Below the pieces are notes generated by a model. That model made no database searches and was not told the origin of the DNA. It saw only the letters and a list, made by a program, of their open reading frames with translations. 64,000 nucleotides of DNA from the NCBI GenBank assembly GCA_964016885.1, contig OZ024744.1, positions 114,390,001-114,454,000 on the forward strand, given 5' to 3'. Below, one piece after another: positions 1-15,000 of the stretch. Position numbers and translations under genes: made by a program. The DNA is from Eledone cirrhosa. Its lineage: Eukaryota. Numbering within the stretch: the stretch's first letter is position 1; each line of letters starts with the position of its first letter.

Positions 1-3000
1 TTAAGGTGTTCACTTCACAACATAGGTGTAGGTATGGCTGTGTTGTTAAGGTGTTCACTTCACAACATAGGTGTAGGTATGGCTGTGTTGTTAAGGCGTT
101 CACTTCACAATATGTGTAGGTATGGCTGTGTTGTTGAGGTGTTCACTTCACAACATAGGTGTAGGTATGGCTGGGTTGTTAAGGTGTTCCCTTCACAACA
201 TAGGTGTAGACATGGCTGTGTTGTTAAGGTGTTCACTTCACAACATAGGTGTAGGTATGGCTGTGTTGTTAAGGTGTTCACTTCACAACATAGGTGTAGG
301 TATGGCTGTGTTGTTAAGGTGTTCACTTCACAACATAGGTATAGGTATGTCTGTGTTAAGGTGTTCACTTCACAACATAGGTGTAGACATGGCTGTGTTG
401 TTAAGGTGTTCACTCCACAACATAGGTGTAGGTATGGCTGTGTTGTTTAGGTGTTCACTTCACAACATAGGGGTAGGTATGGCTGTGTTGTTAAGGGGTT
501 CACTTCACAACATAGGTGTAGGTATGGCTGTGTTGTTAAGGTGTTCACTTCACAACATAGGTGTAGGTATGGCTGTGTTGTTAAGGTGTTCACTTCACAA
601 CATAGGGGTAGGTATGGCTGTGTTGTTAAGGTGTTCACTTCACAACATAGGGGTAGGTATGGCTGTGTTGTTAAGGTGTTCACTTCACAACATAGGGGTA
701 GGTATGGCTGTGTTGTTAAGGTGTTCACTTCACAACATAGGTATAGGTATGTCTGTGTTAAGGTGTTCACTTCACAACATAGGTGTAGACATGGCTGTGT
801 TGTTAAGGTGTTCACTCCACAACATAGGTGTAGGTATGGCTGTGTTGTAAAGGTGTTCACTTCACAACATAGGTGTAGGTATGGCTGTGTTGTAAAGGTG
901 TTCACTTCCCAACATAGATGTATGTATGGCTGTGTTGTTAAGGTGTTCACTTCACAACATAGGTGTAGACATGGCTGTGTTGTTAAGGTGTTCACTTCCC
1001 AACATAGGTGTAGACATGGCTGTGTTGTAAAGGTGTTCTCTTCCCAACATAGGTGTAGGTATGGCTGTGTTGTAAAGGTGTTCACTTCCCAACATAGGTG
1101 TATGTATGGCTGTGTTGTAAAGGTGTTTACTTCACAACATAGGTGTAGACATGGCTGTGTTGTTAAGGTGTCACTTCACAACATAGGTGTAGGTATGGCT
1201 GTGTTAAGGTGTTCACTTCACAACATAGGTGTAGGTATGGCTGTGTTGTTAAGGTGTTCACTTCACAACATAGGTGTAGGTATGTCTGTGTGTTAAGGTG
1301 TTCACTTCACAACATAGGTGTAGGTATGGCTATGTTAAGGTGTTTACTTCACAACATAGGTGTAGACATGGCTGTGTTGTTAAGGTGTTCACTTCACAAC
1401 ATAGGTGTAGACATAGCTATGTCGTTAAGGTGTCACTTCACAACATAGGTGTAGACATGGCTGTGTTGTTAAGGTGTTTACTTCACAACATAGGCGTAGA
1501 CATGGCTGTGTTGTAAAGGTGTTCACTTCACAACATAGGTGTAGACATGGCTGTGTTGTAAAGGTGTTCACTTCACAACATAGGTGTAGGTATGGCTGTG
1601 TTGTTAAGGGGTTCACTTCACAACATAGGTGTAGGTATGGCTGTGTTGTTAAGGTGTTCACTTCACAACATAGGTGTAGGTATGGCTGTGTTGTTAATGT
1701 GTTCACTTCACAACATAGGTGTAGGTATGGCTGTGTTGTTAAGGTGTTCACTTCACAACATAGGGGTAGGTATGGCTGTGTTGTTAAGGTGTTCACTTCA
1801 CAACATAGGTGTAGGTATAGCTGTGTTGTTAAAGAGTTCACTTCACAACATAGGTGTAGGTATGGCTGTGTTGTTAAGGTGTTCACTTCACAACATAGGT
1901 GTAGGTATGGCTGTGTTGTTAAGTGTACACTTCACAACATAGGTGTAGACATGGCTGTATTGTTAAGGTGTTTACTTCACAACATAGGTGTAGGTATGGC
2001 TGTGTTGTTAAGGAGTTCACTTCACAACATAGGTGTAGGTATGGCTGTGTTGTTAACGTGTTCACTTCACAATATAGATGTAGGTATGGCTGTGTTAAGG
2101 TGTTCACTTCACTACATAGGTGTAGGTATGGCTGTGTTGTTAAGGAGTTCACTTCACAACATAGGTGTAGGTATGGCTGTGTTGTTAAGGAGTTCACTTC
2201 ACAACATAGGTGTAGGTATGGCTGTGTTGTAAAGGTGTTCACTTCACAACATAGGTGTAGGTATGGCTGTGTTGTTAAGGTGTTCACTTCCCAACATAGG
2301 TGTAGGTATGGCTGTGTTAAGGTGTTTACTTCACAACATAGGTGTAGGTATGACTGTGTTGTTAAGGTGTTCACTTCACAACATAGGTGTAGGTATGGCT
2401 GTGTTAAGGTGTTTACTTCACAACATAGGTGTAGGTATGGCTGTGTTGTAAAGGTGTTCACTTCACAACATAGGTGTAGGTATGGCTGTGTTGTTAAGGT
2501 GTTCACTTCACAACATAGGTGTAGGTATGGCTGTGTTAAGGTGTTTACTTCACAACATAGGTGTAGACATGGCTGTGTTGTTAAGGTGTTCACTTCACAA
2601 CATAGGTATAGACATAGCTGTGTCGTTAAGGTGTCACTTCACAACATAGGTGTAGACATGTCTGTCTTAAGGTCTTCACTTCACATCATAGGTGTAGGTA
2701 TGTCTGTGTTGTTAAGGTGTTCACTTAACAACTTAGGTGTAGACATAGCTGTGTCGTTAAGGTGTCACTTCACAACATAGGTGTAGACATGTCTGTCTTA
2801 AGGTCTTCACTTCACAACATCGGTGTAGGTATGGCTGTGTTGTAAAGGTGTTCACTTCACAACATAGGTGTAGGTATGGCTGTGTTGTTGAGGTGTTCAC
2901 TTCACAACATAGGTGTAGGTATGACTGTGTTGTTAAGGTGTTCACTTCACAACATAGGTGAAACTATGGCTGTGTTGTTAAAGTATCACTTCACAACATA

Positions 3001-6000
3001 GGTGTAGACATGGCAGTGTTGTTCAGATGTCACTTCACAACATAGGTGTAGGTATGTCTGTGTTGTTAAGGTGTTCACCTAACAACAAAGGTGTAGGTAT
3101 GGCTGTGTTGTTAAGGTGTTCACTTCACAACATAGGTGTAGGTATGTCTGTGTTAAGGTGTTTACTTCACAACATAGGTGTAGGCATGGCTGTGTTGTAA
3201 AGGTGTTCACTTCCCAACATAGGTGTATGTATGGCTGTGTTGTTAAGGTGTTCACTTCACAACATAGGTGTAGACATGGCTGTGTTGTTAAGGTGTTCAC
3301 TTCCCAACATAGGTGTAGACATGGCTGTGTTGTAAAGGTGTTCTCTTCCCAACATAGGTGTAGGTATAGCTGTGTTGTAAAGGTGTTCACTTCCCAACAT
3401 AGGTGTATGTATGGCTGTGTTGTAAAGGTGTTTACTTCACAACATAGGTGTAGACATGGCTATGTTAAGGTGTTTACTTCACAACATAGGTGTAGACATG
3501 GCTGTGTTGTTAAGGTGTCACTTCACAACATAGGTGTAGGTATGGCTGTGTTAAGGTGTTCACTTCACAACATAGGTGTAGGTATGGCTGTGTTGTTAAG
3601 GTGTTCACTTCACAACATAGGTGTAGGTATGTCTGTGTTGTTAAGGTGTTCACTTCACAACATAGGTGTAGGTATGGCTATGTTAAGGTGTTTACTTCAC
3701 AACATAGGTGTAGACATGGCTGTGTTGTTAAGGTGTTCACTTCACAACATAGGTGTAGACATGGCTGTGTTGTAAAGGTGTTCACTTCACAACATAGGTG
3801 TAGACATGGCTGTGTTGTTAAGGTGTTTACTTCACAACATAGGCGTAGACATGGCTGTGTTGTAAAGGTGTTCACTTCACAACATAGGTGTAGACATGGC
3901 TGTGTTGTAAAGGTGTTCACTTCACAACATAGGTGTAGGTATGGCTGTGTTGTTAAGGGGTTCACTTCACAACATAGGTGTAGGTATGGCTGTGTTGTTA
4001 AGGTGTTCACTTCACAACATAGGTGTAGGTATGGCTGTGTTGTTAAGGTGTTCACTTCACAACATAGGTGTAGGTATGGCTGTGTTGTTAAGGTGTTCAC
4101 TTCACAACATAGGGGTAGGTATGGCTGTGTTGTTAAGGTGTTCACTTCACAACATAGGTGTAGGTATGGCTGTGTTGTTAAAGTGTTCACTTCACAACAT
4201 AGGTGTAGGTATGGCTGTGTTGTTAAGGTGTTCACTTCACAACATAGGTATAGGTATGGCTGTGTTGTTAAGTGTACACTTCACAACATAGGTGTAGACA
4301 TGGCTGTATTGTTAAGGTGTTTACTTCACAACATAGGTGTAGGTATGGCTGTGTTGTTAAGGAGTTCACTTCACAACATAGGTGTAGGTATGGCTGTGTT
4401 GTTAAGGTGTTCACTTCACAACATAGATGTAGGTATGGCTGTGTTAAGGTGTTCACTTCACTACATAGGTGTAGGTATGGCTGTATTGTTAAGGAGTTCA
4501 CTTCACAACATAGGTGTAGGTATGGCTGTGTTGTAAAGGTGTTCACTTCACAACATAGGTGTAGGTATGGCTGTGTTGTTAAGGTGTTCACTTCACAACA
4601 TAGGTGTAGGTATGGCTGTGTTAAGGTGTTTACTTCAAAACATAGGTTTAGACATGGCTGTATTGTTAAGGTGTTCACTTCCCAACATAGGTGTAGGTAT
4701 GGCTGTGTTAAGGTGTTTACTTCACAACATAGGTGTAGGTATGACTGTGTTGTTAAGGTGTTCACTTCACAACATAGGTGTAGGTATGGCTGTGTTAAGG
4801 TGTTCACTTCACAACATAGGTGTAGGTATGGCTGTGTTAAGGTGTTTACTTCACAACATAGGTGTAGACATGGCTGTGTTGTTAAGGTGTTCACTTCACA
4901 ACATAGGTATAGACATAGCTGTGTCGTTAAGGTGTCACTTCACAACATAGGTGTAGACATGTCTGTCTTAAGGTCTTCACTTCACATCATAGGTGTAGGT
5001 ATGTCTGTGTTGTTAAGGTGTTCACTTAACAACTTAGGTGTAGACATAGCTGTGTCGTTAAGGTGTCACTTCACAACATAGGTGTAGACATGTCTGTCTT
5101 AAGGTCTTCACTTCACAACATCGGTGTAGGTATGGCTGTGTTGTAAAGGTGTTCACTTCACAACATAGGTGTAGGTATGGCTGTGTTGTTGAGGTGTTCA
5201 CTTCACAACATAGGTGTAGGTATGACTGTGTTGTTAAGGTGTTCACTTCACAACATAGGTGAAACTATGGCTGTGTTGTTAAAGTATCACTTCACAACAT
5301 AGGTGTAGACATGGCAGTGTTGTTCAGATGTCACTTCACAACATAGGTGTAGGTATGTCTGTGTTGTTAAGGTGTTCACCTAACAACAAAGGTGTAGGTA
5401 TGGCTGTGTTGTTAAGGTGTTCACTTCACAACATAGGTGTAGGTATGTCTGTGTTAAGGTGTTTACTTCACAACATAGGTGTAGGCATGGCTGTGTTGTA
5501 AAGGTGTTCACTTCCCAACATAGGTGTATGTATGGCTGTGTTGTTAAGGTGTTCACTTCACAACATAGGTGTAGACATGGCTGTGTTGTTAAGGTGTTCA
5601 CTTCCCAACATAGGTGTAGACATGGCTGTGTTGTAAAGGTGTTCTCTTCCCAACATAGGTGTAGGTATAGCTGTGTTGTAAAGGTGTTCACTTCCCAACA
5701 TAGGTGTATGTATGGCTGTGTTGTAAAGGTGTTTACTTCACAACATAGGTGTAGACATGGCTATGTTAAGGTGTTTACTTCACAACATAGGTGTAGACAT
5801 GGCTGTGTTGTTAAGGTGTCACTTCACAACATAGGTGTAGGTATGGCTGTGTTAAGGTGTTCACTTCACAACATAGGTGTAGGTATGGCTGTGTTGTTAA
5901 GGTGTTCACTTCACAACATAGGTGTAGGTATGTCTGTGTTGTTAAGGTGTTCACTTCACAACATAGGTGTAGGTATGGCTATGTTAAGGTGTTTACTTCA

Positions 6001-9000
6001 CAACATAGGTGTAGACATGGCTGTGTTGTTAAGGTGTTCACTTCACAACATAGGTGTAGACATGGCTGTGTTGTAAAGGTGTTCACTTCACAACATAGGT
6101 GTAGACATGGCTGTGTTGTTAAGGTGTTTACTTCACAACATAGGCGTAGACATGGCTGTGTTGTAAAGGTGTTCACTTCACAACATAGGTGTAGACATGG
6201 CTGTGTTGTAAAGGTGTTCACTTCACAACATAGGTGTAGGTATGGCTGTGTTGTTAAGGGGTTCACTTCACAACATAGGTGTAGGTATGGCTGTGTTGTT
6301 AAGGTGTTCACTTCACAACATAGGTGTAGGTATGGCTGTGTTGTTAAGGTGTTCACTTCACAACATAGGTGTAGGTATGGCTGTGTTGTTAAGGTGTTCA
6401 CTTCACAACATAGGGGTAGGTATGGCTGTGTTGTTAAGGTGTTCACTTCACAACATAGGTGTAGGTATGGCTGTGTTGTTAAAGTGTTCACTTCACAACA
6501 TAGGTGTAGGTATGGCTGTGTTGTTAAGGTGTTCACTTCACAACATAGGTATAGGTATGGCTGTGTTGTTAAGTGTACACTTCACAACATAGGTGTAGAC
6601 ATGGCTGTATTGTTAAGGTGTTTACTTCACAACATAGGTGTAGGTATGGCTGTGTTGTTAAGGAGTTCACTTCACAACATAGGTGTAGGTATGGCTGTGT
6701 TGTTAAGGTGTTCACTTCACAACATAGATGTAGGTATGGCTGTGTTAAGGTGTTCACTTCACTACATAGGTGTAGGTATGGCTGTATTGTTAAGGAGTTC
6801 ACTTCACAACATAGGTGTAGGTATGGCTGTGTTGTAAAGGTGTTCACTTCACAACATAGGTGTAGGTATGGCTGTGTTGTTAAGGTGTTCACTTCACAAC
6901 ATAGGTGTAGGTATGGCTGTGTTAAGGTGTTTACTTCAAAACATAGGTTTAGACATGGCTGTATTGTTAAGGTGTTCACTTCCCAACATAGGTGTAGGTA
7001 TGGCTGTGTTAAGGTGTTTACTTCACAACATAGGTGTAGGTATGACTGTGTTGTTAAGGTGTTCACTTCACAACATAGGTGTAGGTATGGCTGTGTTAAG
7101 GTGTTCACTTCACAACATAGGTGTAGGTATGGCTGTGTTAAGGTGTTTACTTCACAACATAGGTGTAGACATGGCTGTGTTGTTAAGGTGTTCACTTCAC
7201 AACATAGGTATAGACATAGCTGTGTCGTTAAGGTGTCACTTCACAACATAGGTGTAGACATGTCTGTCTTAAGGTCTTCACTTCACATCATAGGTGTAGG
7301 TATGTCTGTGTTGTTAAGGTGTTCACTTAACAACTTAGGTGTAGACATAGCTGTGTCGTTAAGGTGTCACTTCACAACATAGGTGTAGACATGTCTGTCT
7401 TAAGGTCTTCACTTCACAACATCGGTGTAGGTATGGCTGTGTTGTAAAGGTGTTCACTTCACAACATAGGTGTAGGTATGGCTGTGTTGTTGAGGTGTTC
7501 ACTTCACAACATAGGTGTAGGTATGACTGTGTTGTTAAGGTGTTCACTTCACAACATAGGTGAAACTATGGCTGTGTTGTTAAAGTATCACTTCACAACA
7601 TAGGTGTAGACATGGCAGTGTTGTTCAGATGTCACTTCACAACATAGGTGTAGGTATGTCTGTGTTGTTAAGGTGTTCACCTAACAACAAAGGTGTAGGT
7701 ATGGCTGTGTTGTTAAGGTGTTCACTTCACAACATAGGTGTAGGTATGTCTGTGTTAAGGTGTTTACTTCACAACATAGGTGTAGGCATGGCTGTGTTGT
7801 AAAGGTGTTCACTTCCCAACATAGGTGTATGTATGGCTGTGTTGTTAAGGTGTTCACTTCACAACATAGGTGTAGACATGGCTGTGTTGTTAAGGTGTTC
7901 ACTTCCCAACATAGGTGTAGACATGGCTGTGTTGTAAAGGTGTTCTCTTCCCAACATAGGTGTAGGTATAGCTGTGTTGTAAAGGTGTTCACTTCCCAAC
8001 ATAGGTGTATGTATGGCTGTGTTGTAAAGGTGTTTACTTCACAACATAGGTGTAGACATGGCTATGTTAAGGTGTTTACTTCACAACATAGGTGTAGACA
8101 TGGCTGTGTTGTTAAGGTGTCACTTCACAACATAGGTGTAGGTATGGCTGTGTTAAGGTGTTCACTTCACAACATAGGTGTAGGTATGGCTGTGTTGTTA
8201 AGGTGTTCACTTCACAACATAGGTGTAGGTATGTCTGTGTTGTTAAGGTGTTCACTTCACAACATAGGTGTAGGTATGGCTATGTTAAGGTGTTTACTTC
8301 ACAACATAGGTGTAGACATGGCTGTGTTGTTAAGGTGTTCACTTCACAACATAGGTGTAGACATGGCTGTGTTGTAAAGGTGTTCACTTCACAACATAGG
8401 TGTAGACATGGCTGTGTTGTTAAGGTGTTTACTTCACAACATAGGCGTAGACATGGCTGTGTTGTAAAGGTGTTCACTTCACAACATAGGTGTAGACATG
8501 GCTGTGTTGTAAAGGTGTTCACTTCACAACATAGGTGTAGGTATGGCTGTGTTGTTAAGGGGTTCACTTCACAACATAGGTGTAGGTATGGCTGTGTTGT
8601 TAAGGTGTTCACTTCACAACATAGGTGTAGGTATGGCTGTGTTGTTAAGGTGTTCACTTCACAACATAGGTGTAGGTATGGCTGTGTTGTTAAGGTGTTC
8701 ACTTCACAACATAGGGGTAGGTATGGCTGTGTTGTTAAGGTGTTCACTTCACAACATAGGTGTAGGTATGGCTGTGTTGTTAAAGTGTTCACTTCACAAC
8801 ATAGGTGTAGGTATGGCTGTGTTGTTAAGGTGTTCACTTCACAACATAGGTATAGGTATGGCTGTGTTGTTAAGGAGTTCACTTCACAACATAGGTGTAG
8901 GTATGGCTGTGTTGTTAAGGTGTTCACTTCACAACATAGATGTAGGTATGGCTGTGTTAAGGTGTTCACTTCACTACATAGGTGTAGGTATGGCTGTGTT

Positions 9001-12000
9001 GTTAAGGAGTTCACTTCACAACATAGGTGTAGGTATGGCTGTGTTGTAAATGTGTTCACTTCACAACATAGGTGTAGGTATGGCTGTGTTGTTAAGGTGT
9101 TCACTTCACAACATAGGTGTAGGTATGGCTGTGTTAAGGTGTTTACTTCAAAACATAGGTTTAGACATGGCTGTATTGTTAAGGTGTTCACTTCCCAACA
9201 TAGGTGTAGGTATGGCTGTGTTAAGGTGTTTACTTCACAACATAGGTGTAGGTATGACTGTGTTGTTAAGGTGTTCACTTCACAACATAGGTGTAGGTAT
9301 GGCTGTGTTAAGGTGTTCACTTCACAACATAGGTGTAGGTATGGCTGTGTTGTTAAGGTGTTCACTTCACAACATAGGTGTAGGTATGTCTGTGTGTTAA
9401 GGTGTTCACTTCACAACATAGGTGTAGGTATGGCTATGTTAAGGTGTTTACTTCACAACATAGGTGTAGACATGGCTGTGTTGTTAAGGTGTTCACTTCA
9501 CAACATAGGTGTAGACATAGCTATGTCGTTAAGGTGTCACTTCACAACATAGGTGTAGACATGGCTGTGTTGTTAAGGTGTTCACTTCACAACATAGGTG
9601 TAGACATAGCTATGTCGTTAAGGTGTCACTTCACAACATAGGTGTAGACATGGCTGTGTTGTTAAGGTGTCACTTCACAACATAGGTGTAGGTATGGCTG
9701 TGTTAAGGTGTTCACTTCACAACATAGGTGTAGGTATGGCTGTGTTGTTAAGGTGTTTACTTCACAACATAGGTGTAGACATGGCTGTATTGTTAAGGTG
9801 TTTACTTCACAACATAGGTGTAGGTATGGCTGTGTTGTTAAGGTGTTTACTTCACAACATAGGTGTAGACATGGCTGTGTTGTTAAGGTGTTCACTTCAC
9901 AACATAGGTGTAGACATGGCTGTGTTGTAAAGGTGTTCACTTCACAACATAGGTGTAGACATGGCTGTGTTGTTAAGGTGTTTACTTCACAACATAGGCG
10001 TAGACATGGCTGTGTTGTAAAGGTGTTCACTTCACAACATAGGTGTAGACATGGCTGTGTTGTAAAGGTGTTCACTTCACAACATAGGTGTAGGTATGGC
10101 TGTGTTGTTAAGGGGTTCACTTCACAACATAGGTGTAGGTATGGCTGTGTTGTTAAGGTGTTCACTTCACAACATAGGTGTAGGTATGGCTGTGTTGTTA
10201 AGGTGTTCACTTCACAACATAGGTGTAGGTATGGCTGTGTTGTTAAGGTGTTCACTTCACAACATAGGGGTAGGTATGGCTGTGTTGTTAAGGTGTTCAC
10301 TTCACAACATAGGTGTAGGTATGGCTGTGTTGTTAAAGTGTTCACTTCACAACATAGGTGTAGGTATGGCTGTGTTGTTAAGGTGTTCACTTCACAACAT
10401 AGGTATAGGTATGGCAGTGTTGTTAAGTGTACACTTCACAACATAGGTGTAGACATGGCTGTATTGTTAAGGTGTTTACTTCACAACATAGGTGTAGGTA
10501 TGGCTGTGTTGTTAAGGAGTTCACTTCACAACATAGGTGTAGGTATGGCTGTGTTGTTAAGGTGTTCACTTCACAACATAGATGTAGGTATGGCTGTGTT
10601 AAGGTGTTCACTTCACTACATAGGTGTAGGTATGGCTGTGTTGTTAAGGAGTTCACTTCACAACATAGGTGTAGGTATGGCTGTGTTGTAAAGGTGTTCA
10701 CTTCACAACATAGGTGTAGGTATGGCTGTGTTGTTAAGGTGTTCACTTCACAACATAGGTGTAGGTATGGCTGTGTTAAGGTGTTTACTTCAAAACATAG
10801 GTTTAGACATGGCTGTATTGTTAAGGTGTTCACTTCCCAACATAGGTGTAGGTATGGCTGTGTTAAGGTGTTTACTTCACAACATAGGTGTAGGTATGAC
10901 TGTGTTGTTAAGGTGTTCACTTCACAACATAGGTGTAGGTATGGCTGTGTTAAGGTGTTTACTTCACAACATAGGTGTAGGTATGGCTGTGTTGTAAAGG
11001 TGTTCACTTCACAACATAGGTGTAGGTATGGCTGTGTTGTTAAGGTGTTCACTTCACAACATAGGTGTAGGTATGGCTGTGTTAAGGTGTTTACTTCACA
11101 ACATAGGTTTAGACATGGCTGTGTTGTTAAGGTGTTCACTTCCCAACATAGGTGTAGGTATGGCTGTGTTAAGGTGTTTACTTCACAACATAGGTGTAGA
11201 CATGGCTGTGTTGTTAAGGTGTTCACTTCACAACATAGGTATAGACATAGCTGTGTCGTTAAGGTGTCACTTCACAACATAGGTGTAGACATGTCTGTCT
11301 TAAGGTCTTCACTTCACATCATAGGTGTAGGTATGTCTGTGTTGTTAAGGTGTTCACTTAACAACTTAGGTGTAGACATAGCTGTGTTGTTAAGGTGTCA
11401 CTTCACAACATAGGTGTAGACATGTCTGTCTTAAGGTCTTCACTTCACAACATCGGTGTAGGTATGGCTGTGTTGTAAAGGTGTTCACTTCACAACATAG
11501 GTGTAGGTATGGCTGTGTTGTTGAGGTGTTCACTTCACAACATAGGTGTAGGTATGACTGTGTTGTTAAGGTGTTCACTTCACAACATAGGTGAAACTAT
11601 GGCTGTGTTGTTAAAGTATCACTTCACAACATAGGTGTAGACATGGCAGTGTTGTTCCGATGTCACTTCACAACATAGGTGTAGGTATGTCTGTGTTGTT
11701 ATGGTGTTCACCTAACAACAAAGGTGTAGGTATGGCTGTGTTGTTAAAGTGTTCACTTCACAACATACGTGTAGGTATGTCTGTGTTAAGGTGTTTACTT
11801 CACAACATAGGTGTAGGCATGGCTGTGTTGTAAAGGTGTTCACTTCCCAACATAGGTGTATGTATGGCTGTGTTGTTAAGGTGTTCACTTCACAACATAG
11901 GTGTAGACATGGCTGTGTTGTTAAGGTGTTCACTTCCCAACATAGGTGTAGACATGGCTGTGTTGTAAAGGTGTTCTCTTCCCAACATAGATGTAGGTAT

Positions 12001-15000
12001 AGCTGTGTTGTAAAGGTGTTCACTTCACAACATAGGTGTAGACATGGCTATGTTAAGGTGTTTACTTCACAACATAGGTGTAGACATGGCTGTGTTGTTA
12101 AGGTGTCACTTCACAACATAGGTGTAGGTATGGCTGTGTTAAGGTGTTCACTTCACAACATAGGTGTAGGTATGGCTGTGTTGTTAAGGTGTTCACTTCA
12201 CAACATAGGTGTAGGTATGTCTGTGTTGTTAAGGTGTTCACTTCACAACATAGGTGTAGGTATGGCTATGTTAAGGTGTTTACTTCACAACATAGGTGTA
12301 GACATGGCTGTGTTGTTAAGGTGTTCACTTCACAACATAGGTGTAGACATAGCTATGTCGTTAAGGTGTTACTTCACAACATAGGTGTAGACATGTCTGT
12401 CTTAAGGTCTTCACTTCACAACATAGGTGTAGGTATGTCTGTGTTGTTAAGGTGTTCACTTCACAACATAGGTGTAGGTATGTCTGTGTTGTTAAGGTGT
12501 TCACTTCACAACATAGGTGTAGGTATGGCTGTGTTGTTAATGTGTTCACTTCACAACATAGGTGTAGACATAGCTGTGTTGTAAAGGTGTTCACTTCTCA
12601 ACATAGGTGTAGGTATGGCTGTGTTTTTAAGGTGTTCACTTCACAACATAGGTGTAGACATGGCTGTGTTGTAAATGTGTTCACTTCACAACATAGGTGT
12701 AGACATGGCTGTGTTGTTAAGGTGTTTACTTCACAACATAGGCGTAGACATGTCTGTGTTGTAAAGGTGTTCACTTCACAACATAGGTGTAGGTATGGCT
12801 GTGTTGTTAAGGGGTTCACTTCACAACATAGGTGTAGGTATGGCTGTGTTGTTAAGGTGTTCACTTCACAACATAGGTGTAGGTATGGCTGTGTTGTTAA
12901 AGTGTTCACTTAACAACATAGGTGTAGGTATGGCTGTGTTGTTAAGGTGTTCACTTCACAACATAGGTGTAGGTATGGCTGTGTTGTTAAGTGTACACTT
13001 CACAACATAGGTGTAGACATGGCTGTATTGTTAAGGTGTTTACTTCACAACATAGGTGTAGGTATGGCTGTGTTGTTAAGGAGTTCACTTCACAACATAG
13101 GTGTAGGTATGGCTGTGTTGTTAAGGTGTTCACTTCACAACATAGGTGTAGGTATGGCTGTGTTGTAAAGGTGTTCACTTCACAACATAGGTGTAGGTAT
13201 AGCTGTGTTGTTAAGTGTACACTTCACAACATAGGTGTAGCTATGGCTGTGTTGTTAAGGTGTTCACTTCACAACATAGGTGTAGACATGGCTGTGTTGT
13301 TAAGGTGTTTACTTCATAACATAGGTGTAGGTATGGCTGTGTTGTTAAGGTGTCACTTCACAACATAGGTGTAGGTATGGCTGTGTTGTTAAGGTGTCAC
13401 TTCACAACATAGGTGTAGGTATGGCTGTGTTGTTAAAGTGTTCACTTCACAACATAGGGGTATGGCTGTGTTGTTAAGGTGTTCACTTCACAACATAGGT
13501 GTAGACATGGCTGTGTTGTAAATGTGTTCACTTCACAACATAGGTGTAGACATGGCTGTGTTGTTAAGGTGTTTACTTCACAACATAGGCGTAGACATGT
13601 CTGTGTTGTAAAGGTGTTCACTTCACAACATAGGCGTAGGTATGGCTGTGTTGTTAAGGGGTTCACTTCACAACATAGGTGTAGGTATGGCTGTGTTGTT
13701 AAGGTGTTCACTTCACAACATAGGTGTAGACATGGCTGTGTTGTTAAAGTGTTCACTTAACAACATAGGTGTAGGTATGGCTGTGTTGTTAAGGTGTTCA
13801 CTTCACAACATAGGTGTAGGTATGGCTGTGTTGTTAAGTGTACACTTCACAACATAGGTGTAGACATGGCTGTATTGTTAAGGTGTTTACTTCACAACAT
13901 AGGTGTAGGTATGGCTGTGTTGTTAAGGAGTTCACTTCACAACATAGGTGTAGGTATGGCTGTGTTGTTAAGGTGTTCACTTCACAACATAGGTGTAGGT
14001 ATAGCTGTGTTGTTAAGTGTACACTTCACAACATAGGTGTAGCTATGGCTGTGTTGTTAAGGTGTTCACTTCACAACATAAGGGTAGGTATGGCTGTGTT
14101 GTTGAGGTGTTCACTTCACAACATAGGTGTAGGTATGGTTGTGTTGTTAAGGTGTTCACTTCACAACATAGGTGTAGGTATGGCTGTGTTGTTAAGGTGT
14201 TCACTTCACAACATAGGTGTAGGTATGGCTGTGTTGTTAAGGTGTCAATTCCCAACATAGGTGTAGGTATGGCTGTGTTGTTAAGGTGTTCACTTCCCAT
14301 CATAGGTGTAGGTATGGCTGTGTTGTTGAGGTGTTCACTTCACAACATAGGTGTTGGTATGGCTGTGTTGTTAAGGTGTCACTTCTCAACATAGGTGTAG
14401 GTATGGCTGTGTTGTTGAGGTGTTCACTTCACAACATAGGTGTAGGTATGGCTGTGTTGTTAAGGTGTCACTTCACAACATAGGTGTAGGTATGGCTGTG
14501 TTGTTGAGGTGTTCACTTCACAACATAGGTGTAGGTATGGCTGTGTTGTTAAGGTGTTCACTTCACAACATAGGTGTAGGTATGGCTGTGTTGTTAAGCT
14601 GTTCACTTCACAACATAGGTGTAGACATGGCTGTGTTGTTGAGGTGTTCACTTCACAACATATGTGTAGGTATGGCTGTGTTGTTAAGGTGTTACTTCAC
14701 AACATAGGTGTAGGTATGGCTGTGTTGTTAAGGTGTCACTTCACAACATAGGTGTAGGTATGGCTGTGTTGTTAAAGTGTTCACTTCACAACATAGGGGT
14801 ATGGCTGTGTTGTTAAGGTGTTCACTTCACAACATAGGTGTAGGTATGGCTGTGTTGTTAAGGTGTTCACTTCACAACATAGGTGTAGGTATGGCTGTGT
14901 TGTTAAGGTGTTTACTTCACAATATAGGTGTAGGTATGGCTGTGTTGTTGAGGTGTTCACTTCACAACATAGGTGTAGGTATGGCTGTGTTGTTAAGGTG

